Origin: Clostridia bacterium
GTDB taxonomy: Bacteria > Bacillota > Clostridia > TANB77 > CAG-465
Direction: 5' to 3'
Assembly: GCA_045536565.1 (NCBI GenBank)
Contig: JAZSNU010000011.1
Coordinates: 32,001-96,000 of the forward strand
Length of the DNA stretch: 64,000 bases
Shown: in pieces, positions 52,879 to 63,835 of the stretch
Layout: each line of letters opens with the position of its first letter
Numbering within the stretch: position 1 is the first letter of the stretch
The notes under the pieces: model-generated
The model's input: only the letters and a program-made list of their open reading frames with translations
Told to the model about the DNA's origin: nothing
Database searches by the model: none
Translations under genes and position numbers: made by a program

Positions 52879-53679
52879 ATGTATTGGGTGATTTTTTTGA
52901 AGATTATAGATAAAATATTAAAAGATAGTAAAACAAGAAATTTTGTAATAGCGGTAATATTACTATTATTAACATATCTAATAATAATATTTTTAACTGA
53001 AAATGATAAGAGTTTTAGTAAGGAGTTACCAGTTAGTAATATGCAAAATACACAAAGTAATAACATGAAAGATATATTAGAAGATGAACTATATGTCATA
53101 CAAAATATATCCGAAACAGATGAGGCATATGAAATAAATATATATTATCCACATACAACAGATAAAGCGTTAAATTCATATATAAATAATAAATTAGATT
53201 TATATATTAAAGATATAAAGTATCAAGCGAGTAATTATGAAAAAGAAGTAAATAGTGGCAAATATAAATTAAATATTTTATTTAATGTAACAAAAAGTAA
53301 TAACTACATTTCGTTTATATTCTATGTGACACAAGATGTGAAGTACTTGCATCCTAATGAATATATTTTTGTAATAAATTATGATAAGTCATTAAAGAAG
53401 GTAATAATGCAAGAGGAGATAGAAAATATGTATCCAAATCTTTACTATAATTTATCAGAATACACATATAAAGAATTGTTAAAAAATGAAAACATAAAAA
53501 ATATGGGAGCATTAAATATGCTTGAAAAAGGAACTCATGCAAATAAATTTAATTTTATGGACATTGCATTTAAGGGAAATAGTCTACTTGTGTTATTTGA
53601 AAAATACCAAGTAGCACCGTATGTTTTAGGCTCATTTGAGGTTGAAGTGCCACTAGAATATTTAGAAGAAAAAAGATAA
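52879..53679 (+). CDS. RsiV/PdaC-like (DUF3298/DUF4163) membrane-anchored protein; start uncertain
   Basis: N-terminal TM; HPN..INYD; FEKYQVAPY.LG..EVEVP. Confidence 0.72.
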   Translation: MYWVIFLKIIDKILKDSKTRNFVIAVILLLLTYLIIIFLTENDKSFSKELPVSNMQNTQSNNMKDILEDELYVIQNISETDEAYEINIYYPHTTDKALNSYINNKLDLYIKDIKYQASNYEKEVNSGKYKLNILFNVTKSNNYISFIFYVTQDVKYLHPNEYIFVINYDKSLKKVIMQEEIENMYPNLYYNLSEYTYKELLKNENIKNMGALNMLEKGTHANKFNFMDIAFKGNSLLVLFEKYQVAPYVLGSFEVEVPLEYLEEKR

Positions 53680-53744
53680 ATATTTTTGTAATTATTGATA
53701 AATTATATTGTTATGGTAAAATATCATATATAAAGAGGTAACAT

Positions 53745-54299
53745 ATGAAAGATTATTATGAACTATTAGAAGTAAATAAAAATGCATCAGATGAAACTAT
53801 AAAAAAGGTTTTTCGAATGCTAATTAAGAAAAACCATCCTGACCTATTTGATGGTGAAGAAAAAATAAAAGCAGAAGAAAAAGTAAAAGAGTTAAACGAG
53901 GCATATGAGGTTGTTATAGATAAGGAAAAAAGAAAAGAATATGATTTGAGGCTTGAAGAGTATAACAAAAAAAGTGAAGAAAAAATAAATATTTTACTAG
54001 AAGAAAATGAATATCTAAAAACTGTAATTAATGAAAAAAATCAACTAATAAAAGAGTTTCTTGCTCAGATGGGTATAAACGAAGATGGTTATGCTGAAAC
54101 ATATGAAAACGATAATATTGCTGAAAATGTTAACGATGTGAATATGGAAGATGCATATAATTTATATAACAAAAAAGTATTTATAAAAAAGATAATATCA
54201 TCAGCAATTATTATAGTTGCAGGTGCAATAATACTGTGGGGTGTTACTGGCATAAATTTATTTAAAATATTTATTGATGTGTTTAAAACTATGTTTTAG
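53745..54299 (+). CDS. DnaJ (J-domain) protein with a C-terminal TM
   Basis: DYYELLEV, HPD, NEAYEV..KRKEYD. Confidence 0.88.
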   Translation: MKDYYELLEVNKNASDETIKKVFRMLIKKNHPDLFDGEEKIKAEEKVKELNEAYEVVIDKEKRKEYDLRLEEYNKKSEEKINILLEENEYLKTVINEKNQLIKEFLAQMGINEDGYAETYENDNIAENVNDVNMEDAYNLYNKKVFIKKIISSAIIIVAGAIILWGVTGINLFKIFIDVFKTMF

Positions 54300-54308
54300 G
54301 AGTGTTAT

Positions 54309-54725
54309 ATGGAAAAGAGAATAAGAGCGGCAGCTATAATATTTGTGGGCCATCAACTAATTACAATATATAGGGAAAAATTTATAAAGGGAATATTAAA
54401 GAAATACTATGTTATTCCAGGTGGTGGAGTGGAAGATGGCGAAGAAATAATAGAAGCAGTAAAAAGAGAAGTATTAGAAGAACTTGGAATAGAAATTGAA
54501 GTTACAGATAAATATTTTTATCTTGAAAAAGAAAATGCAAAAGAGTATTTTTATTTAGCAAACTATATATCTGGAAAAATCGGAACAGGAACGGGACCAG
54601 AATTTACAAGTAGAGATATACAAAAATATGGTAGTTACGAAGTGAAATTAGTTGATAAGGATAATATACCAAATATTAATTTATTACCACCAGAGGTTAA
54701 AGCGTATATATTGCAAAATATGTAA
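54309..54725 (+). CDS. NUDIX hydrolase
   Basis: PGGGVEDGE....AVKREVLEELG Nudix box. Confidence 0.92.
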   Translation: MEKRIRAAAIIFVGHQLITIYREKFIKGILKKYYVIPGGGVEDGEEIIEAVKREVLEELGIEIEVTDKYFYLEKENAKEYFYLANYISGKIGTGTGPEFTSRDIQKYGSYEVKLVDKDNIPNINLLPPEVKAYILQNM

Positions 54726-54818
54726 TATATTGTCGAATAATATCAGAAAAGATTGAAATTTGAATATTTATTGTATAATTTATTATATAAATATTTAAAT
54801 GAGGGTGGTGTTTGAAAT

Positions 54819-55664
54819 ATGTGTAAAGATCAAAATAAATATAAACTAAGTGATGAAGAACATGAAAAAAGGTATAAGACGATTGAGAAACGTGTATTTA
54901 GGAAAAAAATTAATGTTGATTTTCCAATTGCAGTTGTGGTAGGTGGTCAACCTGGTTCTGGAAAATCAGTTTTAATAGAACAAGGAATGCTAGAAATTGG
55001 AGAAGATAATACCGTTGTTATAAACGGAGATGAATATAGGAAGTATCATACTAAATCAAAAGAAATATTACAAAATGATGAATTAGATTATGCGTTTTAT
55101 ACAGATGCAGATGTTAGGGATTGGACTAAATCATTGTTTGACAAAGCAATTGATGAAAAATTCAACTTGGTTTTTGAAGGTACAATGCGTACAAAAACGA
55201 TTTGTGATACATTGAAACGATTAAAGGAAAAAGGATTTGAGGTTAGAGTTAAAGCAATGTCAGTTAATGGATTAGAAAGCTATTTATCTACACTTATTAG
55301 ATATGAAGAACAAAAAAATGCTGACGGACATGGAAGAATTACTCCTTCAAAATCTCATTCTGATGCATATACAGGAATGCTAGACACATTAGAAGAAATT
55401 GAAAAACAAGGATATTTTGATAGTTTAGAGATAATTACTCGTGCAGGAGAATGTGTTTATTCTCATACTTCAAACGGAGAAGTAAAGAGTAAGTATAATA
55501 TGGGGATAAAAGAAACATTAACAAAAAGCAGAGAGGAACAATTACCAACACTTGAAAAGGTTAAAGAACAATTAGAATGGCTTACTAAATCTAAGGTGAA
55601 TAGAGGTGAAGAACCTTATGATATAGGTGAAATATTAAATATATTAGACGAAAAACAAAAATAG
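54819..55664 (+). CDS. Zeta toxin family kinase (PezT-like)
   Basis: GGQPGSGKS, INGDEYR..H, EGTMR, RYE..GR. Confidence 0.88.
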   Translation: MCKDQNKYKLSDEEHEKRYKTIEKRVFRKKINVDFPIAVVVGGQPGSGKSVLIEQGMLEIGEDNTVVINGDEYRKYHTKSKEILQNDELDYAFYTDADVRDWTKSLFDKAIDEKFNLVFEGTMRTKTICDTLKRLKEKGFEVRVKAMSVNGLESYLSTLIRYEEQKNADGHGRITPSKSHSDAYTGMLDTLEEIEKQGYFDSLEIITRAGECVYSHTSNGEVKSKYNMGIKETLTKSREEQLPTLEKVKEQLEWLTKSKVNRGEEPYDIGEILNILDEKQK

Positions 55665-55725
55665 TATGTACAAATTATGTAAATTATGGTATAATATATT
55701 AGGAATAATAAATATGGAGGTAATT

Positions 55726-55956
55726 ATGAGTAATAACGAATTAATGAGAAGGGATGTTGCAATTGAAATAATTGCAGAAATGATAGCAGATAATTCAATA
55801 AAGCTTGAAACTGAAAAAGATGAAAATCACATTAAAGAATTGGAAAGTAAAATTGAAAAATTTGAGAGTGAAAGAAAAAAAATATATTTAGGTGACAAAG
55901 AAACGATAAACTATGTAATTGATGTTTATGGTTCATACCTAAAAGAGCAAAGATAA
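55726..55956 (+). CDS. Small acidic helical protein, candidate antitoxin
   Basis: GGAGGT RBS before ATG 55726; follows the zeta toxin and shares its terminator. Confidence 0.6.
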   Translation: MSNNELMRRDVAIEIIAEMIADNSIKLETEKDENHIKELESKIEKFESERKKIYLGDKETINYVIDVYGSYLKEQR

Positions 55957-55960
55957 CAAA

Positions 55961-55995
55961 AATAGAGCTACTATTAATTTAGTGGCTCTATTTTT
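55961..55995 (+). terminator. Terminator after the zeta pair
   Basis: AATAGAGCTACTA...TAGTGGCTCTATT followed by a T run. Confidence 0.65.
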
Positions 55996-56196
55996 ATACA
56001 ACAAACTCCATATTGTTTTTGCTTGTCTTGTAGATAGAAGGTGTTCAAGGTTTTTAATAAATTATATTTATTTAATTGTTGTATAAATTATATAATAAAA
56101 TAAATTTTACATAAAAATCTAGAAAATATGAATAATGTGTAGAAAAAAATATTTTTTATGATATAATAATATGTATTGAAAAGAAGGGAGCATACA

Positions 56197-57636
56197 ATGA
56201 AAAATAATGAATTTGTTAAAGAAATTACAAATATAGAAGATGATTTTGCAAAATGGTATACAGACATTGTTATAAAAGCAGATTTAGCAGACTATACAGA
56301 TGTAAAAGGATTTGTTGCAATTAAACCGTATGGTTATGCTATTTGGGAAAATATTCAAAAGTACACTGATGAAAAATTCAAAAAAACAGGTGTTAAAAAT
56401 GTATATTTTCCAGTATTAATACCAGAAAATTTATTAAATAAAGAAAAAGAACATGTAGAGGGATTTGCTCCCGAAGTTGCTTGGGTAACAACTGGTGGAC
56501 AGGAAACTCTTGAAGAGAGATTGTGTATTAGACCAACATCTGAAACAGTATTTTCTACATTGTATTCAAAATGGCTTAAATCTTGGAGAGATTTACCATT
56601 CGTATATAACCAATGGTGTAATGTACTAAGATGGGAAAAAGAAACAAGACCATTTTTAAGATCAAGAGAATTTTTATGGCAAGAAGGTCATACAATACAT
56701 GAAACAGCAAAAGAAGCAGAAGATAGGACAATGCAAATGCTTGATGTATATGCAGATGTTATAGAAAATGTACTTGCAATACCAGTACTTAAAGGTAGAA
56801 AAACAGAAAGTGAAAAATTTGCAGGAGCAGTTGATACATATACAGTAGAAACATTAATGCATGATGGAAGAGCACTTCAAGCTGGTACATCACATTACTT
56901 TGGGCAAAACTTTACAAAACCATTTGATGTTAAATTCCAAGGTAGAGAAGGAAAAATGGAATATCCATACCAAACTTCTTGGGGAGTTAGTACTAGATTA
57001 ATTGGTGCCGTTATAATGGCACATGGAGATAACAGAGGACTAAAACTTCCACCTAAAATAGCACCAACTCAAATAGTAATAGTACCTATTGCTATGAATA
57101 AAGAGGGCGTTTTAGAGAAAGCAACAGAAATATATAATGAACTTTTAGAAAAAGATTATAGAGTAGAATTAGATTCAAGAGAACAAGTATCACCAGGATA
57201 TAAATTTAATGACTGGGAAATGAGAGGAGTACCAGTAAGAATTGAAATAGGACCAAAAGATATAGAAAATGGTAAATGTGTAGTTGTAAGAAGAGATACA
57301 GCAGAAAAAATACCAGTTGAACTAACAGAGTTAAAAGATAAAATAGGAAGTATACTTGATGATATACAATCAAATATGTTTAATGAATGCAAAATAAGAG
57401 TAGAAGAAAAAACAACAGTTGCAACTGATTTAGATGAATTTAAAAAGAACTTAGACGAAAACCAAGGTTATGTAAAAACTATGTGGTGTGGAAGCGCTGA
57501 ATGTGAAGATAAAATTCATGAACTTACAGGTGCAAAATCTAGATGTATTCCATTTAATCAAGAACATATTTCAGATAAATGTGTTTGTTGCGGTAAAGAT
57601 GCAGATACAATGATTGTATGGGGTAGACAATATTAG
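56197..57636 (+). CDS. proS: Proline--tRNA ligase (archaeal/eukaryote-like type)
   Basis: EGFAPEV, RPTSE, REFLWQEGH, QAGTSH, SWGVSTR, C-terminal Zn Cys and RQY end. Confidence 0.96.
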   Translation: MKNNEFVKEITNIEDDFAKWYTDIVIKADLADYTDVKGFVAIKPYGYAIWENIQKYTDEKFKKTGVKNVYFPVLIPENLLNKEKEHVEGFAPEVAWVTTGGQETLEERLCIRPTSETVFSTLYSKWLKSWRDLPFVYNQWCNVLRWEKETRPFLRSREFLWQEGHTIHETAKEAEDRTMQMLDVYADVIENVLAIPVLKGRKTESEKFAGAVDTYTVETLMHDGRALQAGTSHYFGQNFTKPFDVKFQGREGKMEYPYQTSWGVSTRLIGAVIMAHGDNRGLKLPPKIAPTQIVIVPIAMNKEGVLEKATEIYNELLEKDYRVELDSREQVSPGYKFNDWEMRGVPVRIEIGPKDIENGKCVVVRRDTAEKIPVELTELKDKIGSILDDIQSNMFNECKIRVEEKTTVATDLDEFKKNLDENQGYVKTMWCGSAECEDKIHELTGAKSRCIPFNQEHISDKCVCCGKDADTMIVWGRQY

Positions 57637-57703
57637 AAATATTTAAAATATAGCAGTAATTATTATTGCTATATTTTTTTTACTTTTAATTTAGTTTTAA
57701 TGT

Positions 57704-57774
57704 TGTCAAAATATGTCGAAACTTGCTTAAATATCTGTTAAATACTTGCAGTATTTTGTGTGTTTTGATATACT
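57704..57774 (+). promoter_or_regulatory. Tandem Spo0A-type boxes and sigma-A promoter of the NRPS
   Basis: TGTCAAA (57704) and TGTCGAA (57714); TTGCAG, 17 bp, TATACT with TG extension. Confidence 0.55.
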
Positions 57775-57812
57775 TTAAGTATTAGATTAGGAGCGGAATT
57801 GGGGGAAATATA

Positions 57813-60800
57813 ATGGAGAATAAATATGGTTTAACATTTCCACAAAAAAACATATTACTTGTTGAAGAGTTTTTTGGTAAATCACCAATAAATACCATAG
57901 TTGGTATATTTGAAATAAACAAAGAATTTGACAAAGAAGTATGCGAAAAAGCTGTAAATAAAATGGTAGAAGTAAACGATGCGTTAAGAATAAAAGTATT
58001 CAAAGAAAATGATAATACATTTCAATATATAGAAAAGTATAATTATTTTAATGTTGATTATTTTGATTTAGAAAATGAGAATGCGGAAAAAAGAAAAGAA
58101 TTAGAAAATGAACTTACTACAAAACCATTTGAAATATTAAATAGTCCGTTATATTATTTTGCAATTGTAAAAACAGAAAAAGATAAAGGACATATTTTTG
58201 TTAAACTACATCACCTAGTATCTGATGCATGGACATTTGGTAATGTAGCAACTCAGCTTGCTGAATATGTAGATATGTATACAAAAGGTGAAGATAATGA
58301 GATACAAAAGCCATCATATCTTGAATTTATATCAACAGAAAATGAATATATATCTTCTGAAAAATTTACAAAAGATAAAATGTTTTGGGAAGAATATTTA
58401 GAAGGCTTTGAAGAACCAGTAGGTATAAAAGAAAACAACAATAAAACATTAATAGATGCTAAAAGATATACTGTAAGATTAGAAGAAAAACTAAATAATG
58501 ATATAAAAGAATTTTGCAGGAGAAATAGAGTATCTCCATATACTGTATTTATGAATGCACTAGCTATATATTTACATAGAGTAACTGAAAAATATGATTT
58601 TGTAATAGGTACACCAGTACTTAACCGTTCTAATTTTAAAGAAAAGAAAATGATGGGAATGTTTGTAAGTACAATGCCTGTTAGATTTAAAATAGACGAA
58701 AAAGAAACATTTTTAGAAATGTGTAAAAAATCAAGCAGCGAAACGATGTCACTTTTCAGACATCAAAAATATCCTTATTCTATAATGCTGCAAGATTTTA
58801 GAGAGAAAAATAATGTAAGCAATAATTTATATGAAGTAATGATATCTTATCAAAATGCTAGAGCAGAGTATTCTGATAATGAAAAATATTCTAGCGATTG
58901 GATATTTAGTACCAAGGTACAAGACCAATTTGCAATACACATAATGGATATGGATGAAACGGGAGTACTAGAAGTACATTTTGATTATCTAGTAGATTTG
59001 TTTGAAGATATAGAAATAGAGTATATTGCAAAAAGACTGTTTACTATAATTGACGATGGAATAAACAACAACAAAACAATAGAAACAATAGAAATAATGC
59101 CAGAAGAAGAAAAAAACAAAATATTATATGAATTTAATGATACAAAAGTAGATTATCCAAAAGATAAAACTGTTATAGACCTTTTTGAAGAACAAGTACA
59201 AAAAACACCAGAAAATATAGCAATAGTGTTTGAGGGAAAAGAGTTAACATATAGGGAATTAAGTAATTTTATAGATAAAATTGCATATACACTCAAAAAA
59301 AATAATATAAATATAGGTGATAATGTTGCACTTGTTTTAAAAAGAGGTTTTGAGATGATAGCATCTATGTTTGCTATTATGAAAATAGGAGCATGTTATA
59401 TACCGATTGATGTAGAATTTCCAAAAGATAGGATAAAATACATATTAAATGATTGTAATGCTAAATTAATAGTTACAAATATAGATAATAACGAATACGA
59501 TTTAAAAGTTTTAAACTTAAATTCTGTACAGGATGAAATTCAAGAAAAAGTAGAAAATGAATGTGCATTAGAAAATAATATATACATGATATATACATCG
59601 GGGTCTACTGGTAATCCGAAAGGGGTAATTATAAAACAAAAGAATGTCGTGAATTTGTTATATTCAGCGATAGATGCAGTTGAATTGTATGATAATAGGA
59701 ATACATATTGTGCATTATCAACATATTCTTTTGATATTTCTGTGCTAGAAATATTTTTATCTTTATGTTTTGGACATAAATTAATTATTGCTAATGAAAA
59801 ACAACAAAAAGAACCATTAGAATTACGAAAATTAATAAAAGATAATAAATGTGAAATATTTTTTATGACACCAACAAGAATGCAGATATTATTGAGTGGC
59901 GAGGATAGTATATATTGTTTAGAATATGCTAAATGTATTATGCTAGGAGGGGAAGCATTTCCTAAAAATATATTTGATAGATTAAGTAAAAATCATAAAA
60001 TAAGAATATATGATGGATATGGACCAACTGAAATAACAGTATGGTCATCTGTAAAAAGAATAACAAATGGTGATGATATTAATATAGGAAAACCACTTAA
60101 TAATACAACTGCATATGTATTAGATAAAAATAATAGATTATTACCTATGTATGTAGAAGGTGAATTGTGCATAGGTGGTTTAGGTGTTGCTGAGGGATAT
60201 TATAACAAAGATACCTTAACAAGCCAAAAGTTCATTATGTTCAATGGAAACAAGATATACAAATCTGGTGATTTGGTTAAAATGAATAGTTTGGGAGAAT
60301 GTGAATTTTTAGGGAGAATTGATTCACAAATTAAACTACATGGATTGAGAATAGAATTAGAAGAAATTGAAAAGGAAATAAATTCGTTTGATAATATAAT
60401 TCATACAGCAGTTATTGTTGATGAGAAGGAGCGATTGGTAGCATATTATACATCAGATGAACAAATAAATGAAAAAAAATTAAAAGAATGTATATCAAAA
60501 AAATTACCTAAATATATGGTACCAAATTATTTTGTGAAAGTGGACAGATTTGAAACTAATTCAGTGGGTAAGATAAACAAGAAAATTTTACCAAAATTGG
60601 AAATAAAGAGAAATGTATCAGAAAAACCTACTAGTAAAGTTGAGAAAACAATAGCAAAAGCAATATGTGAAATATTAGACTTGTCTGAAATAGGCATAGA
60701 TGAAGATTTTTTTGAATTAGGATTAGATTCATTGAAAGCTATCGAATTTATAAGTAAATTATCAGTTAAAAATATATCAGTAGCATATATTGATATTTTT

Positions 60801-62093
60801 AAAAATAGTAGTGTAAAACAATTAGCAAGTTTAGTAGAAAGTAAAAAAATAGAATACAAAATATTAGATAAAGATGTTGAAATAGAAAAAGTATTAGAAA
60901 ATAATAAAAAAACAGAAAGTAAATTAAAAACAAAAGAATTAGGAAATGTTTTATTAACGGGTGCAACTGGATTTTTAGGTTCTCATTTATTAGCAAACAT
61001 AATAGATACAACAAACAGTATTGTATACTGTTTGGTTAGAGGAAAAAAAGAAGTTCCACCTGAATTAAGATTGAAATTAGTTTTACAGGAGTATTTTGGA
61101 GAAAAATATTCTGATTGTTTAGGAAAAAGAATTATAGTAGTAGAAGGTGATATAGAATTACAAAATCTTACTAAGAAACCAGAAAATAGAATAATTTTAT
61201 TAAATAATATTGACACAGTAATTCATTCTGCTGCTAATGTTAAACATTTTGGTGATGATGAAGCATTTTATAAGGCTAACATACAAGGTACTAAAAATAT
61301 AACTGATTTTTGTGTTGAATATAATAAAAAACTTATACATATTTCTACATTGAGTGTGTCAGGAAATATTTTAGAGGGTGGACATATTACTCAAAAATAT
61401 ATTAATGAGGAAATAGAATATGATGAAACGAAATTAAATGTTGGACAAAATCTAGAAAATATTTATGCTTTCTCTAAATTTAAAGCAGAAGAATATGTAA
61501 TAAGAAAAATAAAAAATGGATTGAATGCAAAAATAATGAGAATAGGAAACATTACAGGAAGAATGAAAGATGGGAAATTCCAAATAAACGCAAATGAAAA
61601 TGCATTTGTTGGAAGAATAAAATCTATTATTGATATGAGAATGGTACCAAATAATTTATATGATTTTGATATTGAATTTACACCAGTTGATAAATTGTCA
61701 GAAGCTATTATTTTGCTAAGTAAAATAGAAAACAGTAATAATGTATTTCATGTATATAATATAAACCATGTGAAGTTAAATAGATTTATTGAGATATTAA
61801 ATAGTATTGGATATCATGTAAGTATAGTTGACAAAGAAAAGTTTGCCGAAAGAATATTAGAAATAAAAAAAATGAATGAATTTAAAACTATAAGTGGTAT
61901 CGCAATAGATTTGGATGAAAATAACAACTTACAATATGAAACAAATATAAAAATAAAATCAGAAAGTACATTAAATATATTGAAGAAGTTAGGATTTAAG
62001 TGGCCAGAAATATATGAAGAATATATTTGTAAGTTTATACATGAATTATGTGTTAGAAATATAATTGATAAGGGGGATAAAGATGAAATTTAA
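57813..62093 (+). CDS. Single-module NRPS, C-A-T-R (terminal thioester reductase)
   Basis: C: HHLVSDAW; A: YTSGSTGNPKG, YGPTE, YKSGD, GLRIEL; T: FFELGLDSL; R: LLTGATGFLG, YAFSK. Confidence 0.94.
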   Translation: MENKYGLTFPQKNILLVEEFFGKSPINTIVGIFEINKEFDKEVCEKAVNKMVEVNDALRIKVFKENDNTFQYIEKYNYFNVDYFDLENENAEKRKELENELTTKPFEILNSPLYYFAIVKTEKDKGHIFVKLHHLVSDAWTFGNVATQLAEYVDMYTKGEDNEIQKPSYLEFISTENEYISSEKFTKDKMFWEEYLEGFEEPVGIKENNNKTLIDAKRYTVRLEEKLNNDIKEFCRRNRVSPYTVFMNALAIYLHRVTEKYDFVIGTPVLNRSNFKEKKMMGMFVSTMPVRFKIDEKETFLEMCKKSSSETMSLFRHQKYPYSIMLQDFREKNNVSNNLYEVMISYQNARAEYSDNEKYSSDWIFSTKVQDQFAIHIMDMDETGVLEVHFDYLVDLFEDIEIEYIAKRLFTIIDDGINNNKTIETIEIMPEEEKNKILYEFNDTKVDYPKDKTVIDLFEEQVQKTPENIAIVFEGKELTYRELSNFIDKIAYTLKKNNINIGDNVALVLKRGFEMIASMFAIMKIGACYIPIDVEFPKDRIKYILNDCNAKLIVTNIDNNEYDLKVLNLNSVQDEIQEKVENECALENNIYMIYTSGSTGNPKGVIIKQKNVVNLLYSAIDAVELYDNRNTYCALSTYSFDISVLEIFLSLCFGHKLIIANEKQQKEPLELRKLIKDNKCEIFFMTPTRMQILLSGEDSIYCLEYAKCIMLGGEAFPKNIFDRLSKNHKIRIYDGYGPTEITVWSSVKRITNGDDINIGKPLNNTTAYVLDKNNRLLPMYVEGELCIGGLGVAEGYYNKDTLTSQKFIMFNGNKIYKSGDLVKMNSLGECEFLGRIDSQIKLHGLRIELEEIEKEINSFDNIIHTAVIVDEKERLVAYYTSDEQINEKKLKECISKKLPKYMVPNYFVKVDRFETNSVGKINKKILPKLEIKRNVSEKPTSKVEKTIAKAICEILDLSEIGIDEDFFELGLDSLKAIEFISKLSVKNISVAYIDIFKNSSVKQLASLVESKKIEYKILDKDVEIEKVLENNKKTESKLKTKELGNVLLTGATGFLGSHLLANIIDTTNSIVYCLVRGKKEVPPELRLKLVLQEYFGEKYSDCLGKRIIVVEGDIELQNLTKKPENRIILLNNIDTVIHSAANVKHFGDDEAFYKANIQGTKNITDFCVEYNKKLIHISTLSVSGNILEGGHITQKYINEEIEYDETKLNVGQNLENIYAFSKFKAEEYVIRKIKNGLNAKIMRIGNITGRMKDGKFQINANENAFVGRIKSIIDMRMVPNNLYDFDIEFTPVDKLSEAIILLSKIENSNNVFHVYNINHVKLNRFIEILNSIGYHVSIVDKEKFAERILEIKKMNEFKTISGIAIDLDENNNLQYETNIKIKSESTLNILKKLGFKWPEIYEEYICKFIHELCVRNIIDKGDKDEI

Positions 62094-63807
62094 TCTAATG
62101 GCAGGGATTTTATTATCAATATTAACAGTAATATTATTGGTAATTATTAGTATGAAAAAAATAAAGGGGAAAAATGAGATACATTATAGATTTAATAGAT
62201 TTTTACTTTTATTAGCAATTCCATTTATATCTTTACCTTTGCAAATAATTTTTGAGGATATTATAAATCCAATATATTTTGATTATGTTACATATATATT
62301 TACATTTTATGGACCAATAGAATTATTATTTGCAACAAGATTATATAAAGATAGTAAAGCGGATAATAAAAAACTTAAATTTTTATATATAATTTCAACC
62401 GTACTACTAATATTGTTATGGACTAATGATTTACATTATAGTTTTTATGAAGTATATTCTACAAAATTTAGTGAAACAATATACGGCCCTATATTTTATA
62501 TTGCAACTATATATTGCTATATAATTATCATACTATCTATGATAATAACATTAATATCTTCAATAAGGCGTTCGGGATTTTTCTCAGCACAATCACTTAT
62601 AATTATTTTTGGGGTATTAGTACCGGTAGTAGGTAACATATTGGGAGTTACAAAAATTATAAATATGACAATTTATATAACACCTATTTTACTAGCAACA
62701 ACTGCAATTTGTTTTTATATTGCGATAGTAAAAATGAAAGCACTAAATGTTATACCAGTTGCTGTAAAAACAATAATGGATACAATGACAGATTCGTTTA
62801 TTGTAATAAGTAAAGATGGAACAATAGCAGATATAAATAGAACATGTATAGAAAAGTTTGCACCTTTAATGGAACTTAAACAAAATGATAATTTATATGA
62901 AAAGTTAGAAGGAAGAAAAACAGTAAAACTTGCTGATATAAAAGCGTTAGTTAAAGAGGCAAACGATAAAAAAGGAACTGTAACATCTGAATTTCATGTT
63001 GTAAAAGGTGATTATGATAAGTATTTTGAAATAGATGTTCAACCTATAAAAGCAAAGTCTGGTAACGAATATGTAGCATCATTACTATTAATTAGAGATA
63101 TAACACAAGCAAAAAGAGATATGGAAATAATGACTAAAAATGAAAATCTAGTAATACTTGGAGAGCTTGCAGGAGGGGTGGCACATGATATAAATACACC
63201 TATTGCGGCAATCAAAAATGGAATAATGATGCTTAAAGATACCGTCGCTACTGATAATGAAAAGATGTTACTTACTAGAATGGATAGCTGTGCGGATAAG
63301 ATAATTAATCTTGTAAACAGTATGAGAAATCAAATAAGAAACATTGGTAGTGATGAAAAAACAGAAGTTAATATTTCTTCTGTTATAAACGATACATTGA
63401 TGATTGTTCATAATGAAACGATGAAGAAAGGTGTTAAAATTAACCTTAATATAAAAGATGAATTAAAGGTAATGGGAAATGCTACTAAACTAGGACAAGT
63501 AATAACTAATTTAATCATGAATGCTATACAAGCATATGAAAATAATCCTGGTATGATAGATGTAGATGTGTATAAATCTGATAAAAACCAAGCTATGATT
63601 ATTGTAGAGGATTATGCAGGTGGTATACCAGAACATATAAGACCACACATATTTAAAAATATATTAACAACAAAAGGTGTATCAGGTACTGGTTTTGGTC
63701 TATATCTAGCATATTCAGTAATAAAAGGTGCATTTGGTGGAGATATGCATTTTGAAACCGAAACTGGAAAAGGTACAAAGTTTGTTATAAGTATACCGCT
63801 TAAGTAG
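62083..63807 (+). CDS. Sensor histidine kinase with HisKA_7TM-like membrane domain and PAS; no adjacent response regulator
   Basis: About 7 TM segments, LLWTNDLH..F, PAS ending in RDIT, AHDINTP H-box, NAIQA, GTGFGL; overlaps the NRPS stop by 11 nt. Confidence 0.9.
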   Translation: MKFNLMAGILLSILTVILLVIISMKKIKGKNEIHYRFNRFLLLLAIPFISLPLQIIFEDIINPIYFDYVTYIFTFYGPIELLFATRLYKDSKADNKKLKFLYIISTVLLILLWTNDLHYSFYEVYSTKFSETIYGPIFYIATIYCYIIIILSMIITLISSIRRSGFFSAQSLIIIFGVLVPVVGNILGVTKIINMTIYITPILLATTAICFYIAIVKMKALNVIPVAVKTIMDTMTDSFIVISKDGTIADINRTCIEKFAPLMELKQNDNLYEKLEGRKTVKLADIKALVKEANDKKGTVTSEFHVVKGDYDKYFEIDVQPIKAKSGNEYVASLLLIRDITQAKRDMEIMTKNENLVILGELAGGVAHDINTPIAAIKNGIMMLKDTVATDNEKMLLTRMDSCADKIINLVNSMRNQIRNIGSDEKTEVNISSVINDTLMIVHNETMKKGVKINLNIKDELKVMGNATKLGQVITNLIMNAIQAYENNPGMIDVDVYKSDKNQAMIIVEDYAGGIPEHIRPHIFKNILTTKGVSGTGFGLYLAYSVIKGAFGGDMHFETETGKGTKFVISIPLK

Positions 63808-63835
63808 TAGTACATAAAGTTGGAAGGATATAAAA

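Noticed and set aside
55996-56196. T-box leader before proS (likewise before serS; lysine riboswitch before lysC)
   Set aside because: No GGTGGNACCGCG T-box or aptamer motif; the leaders are short and AT-only.
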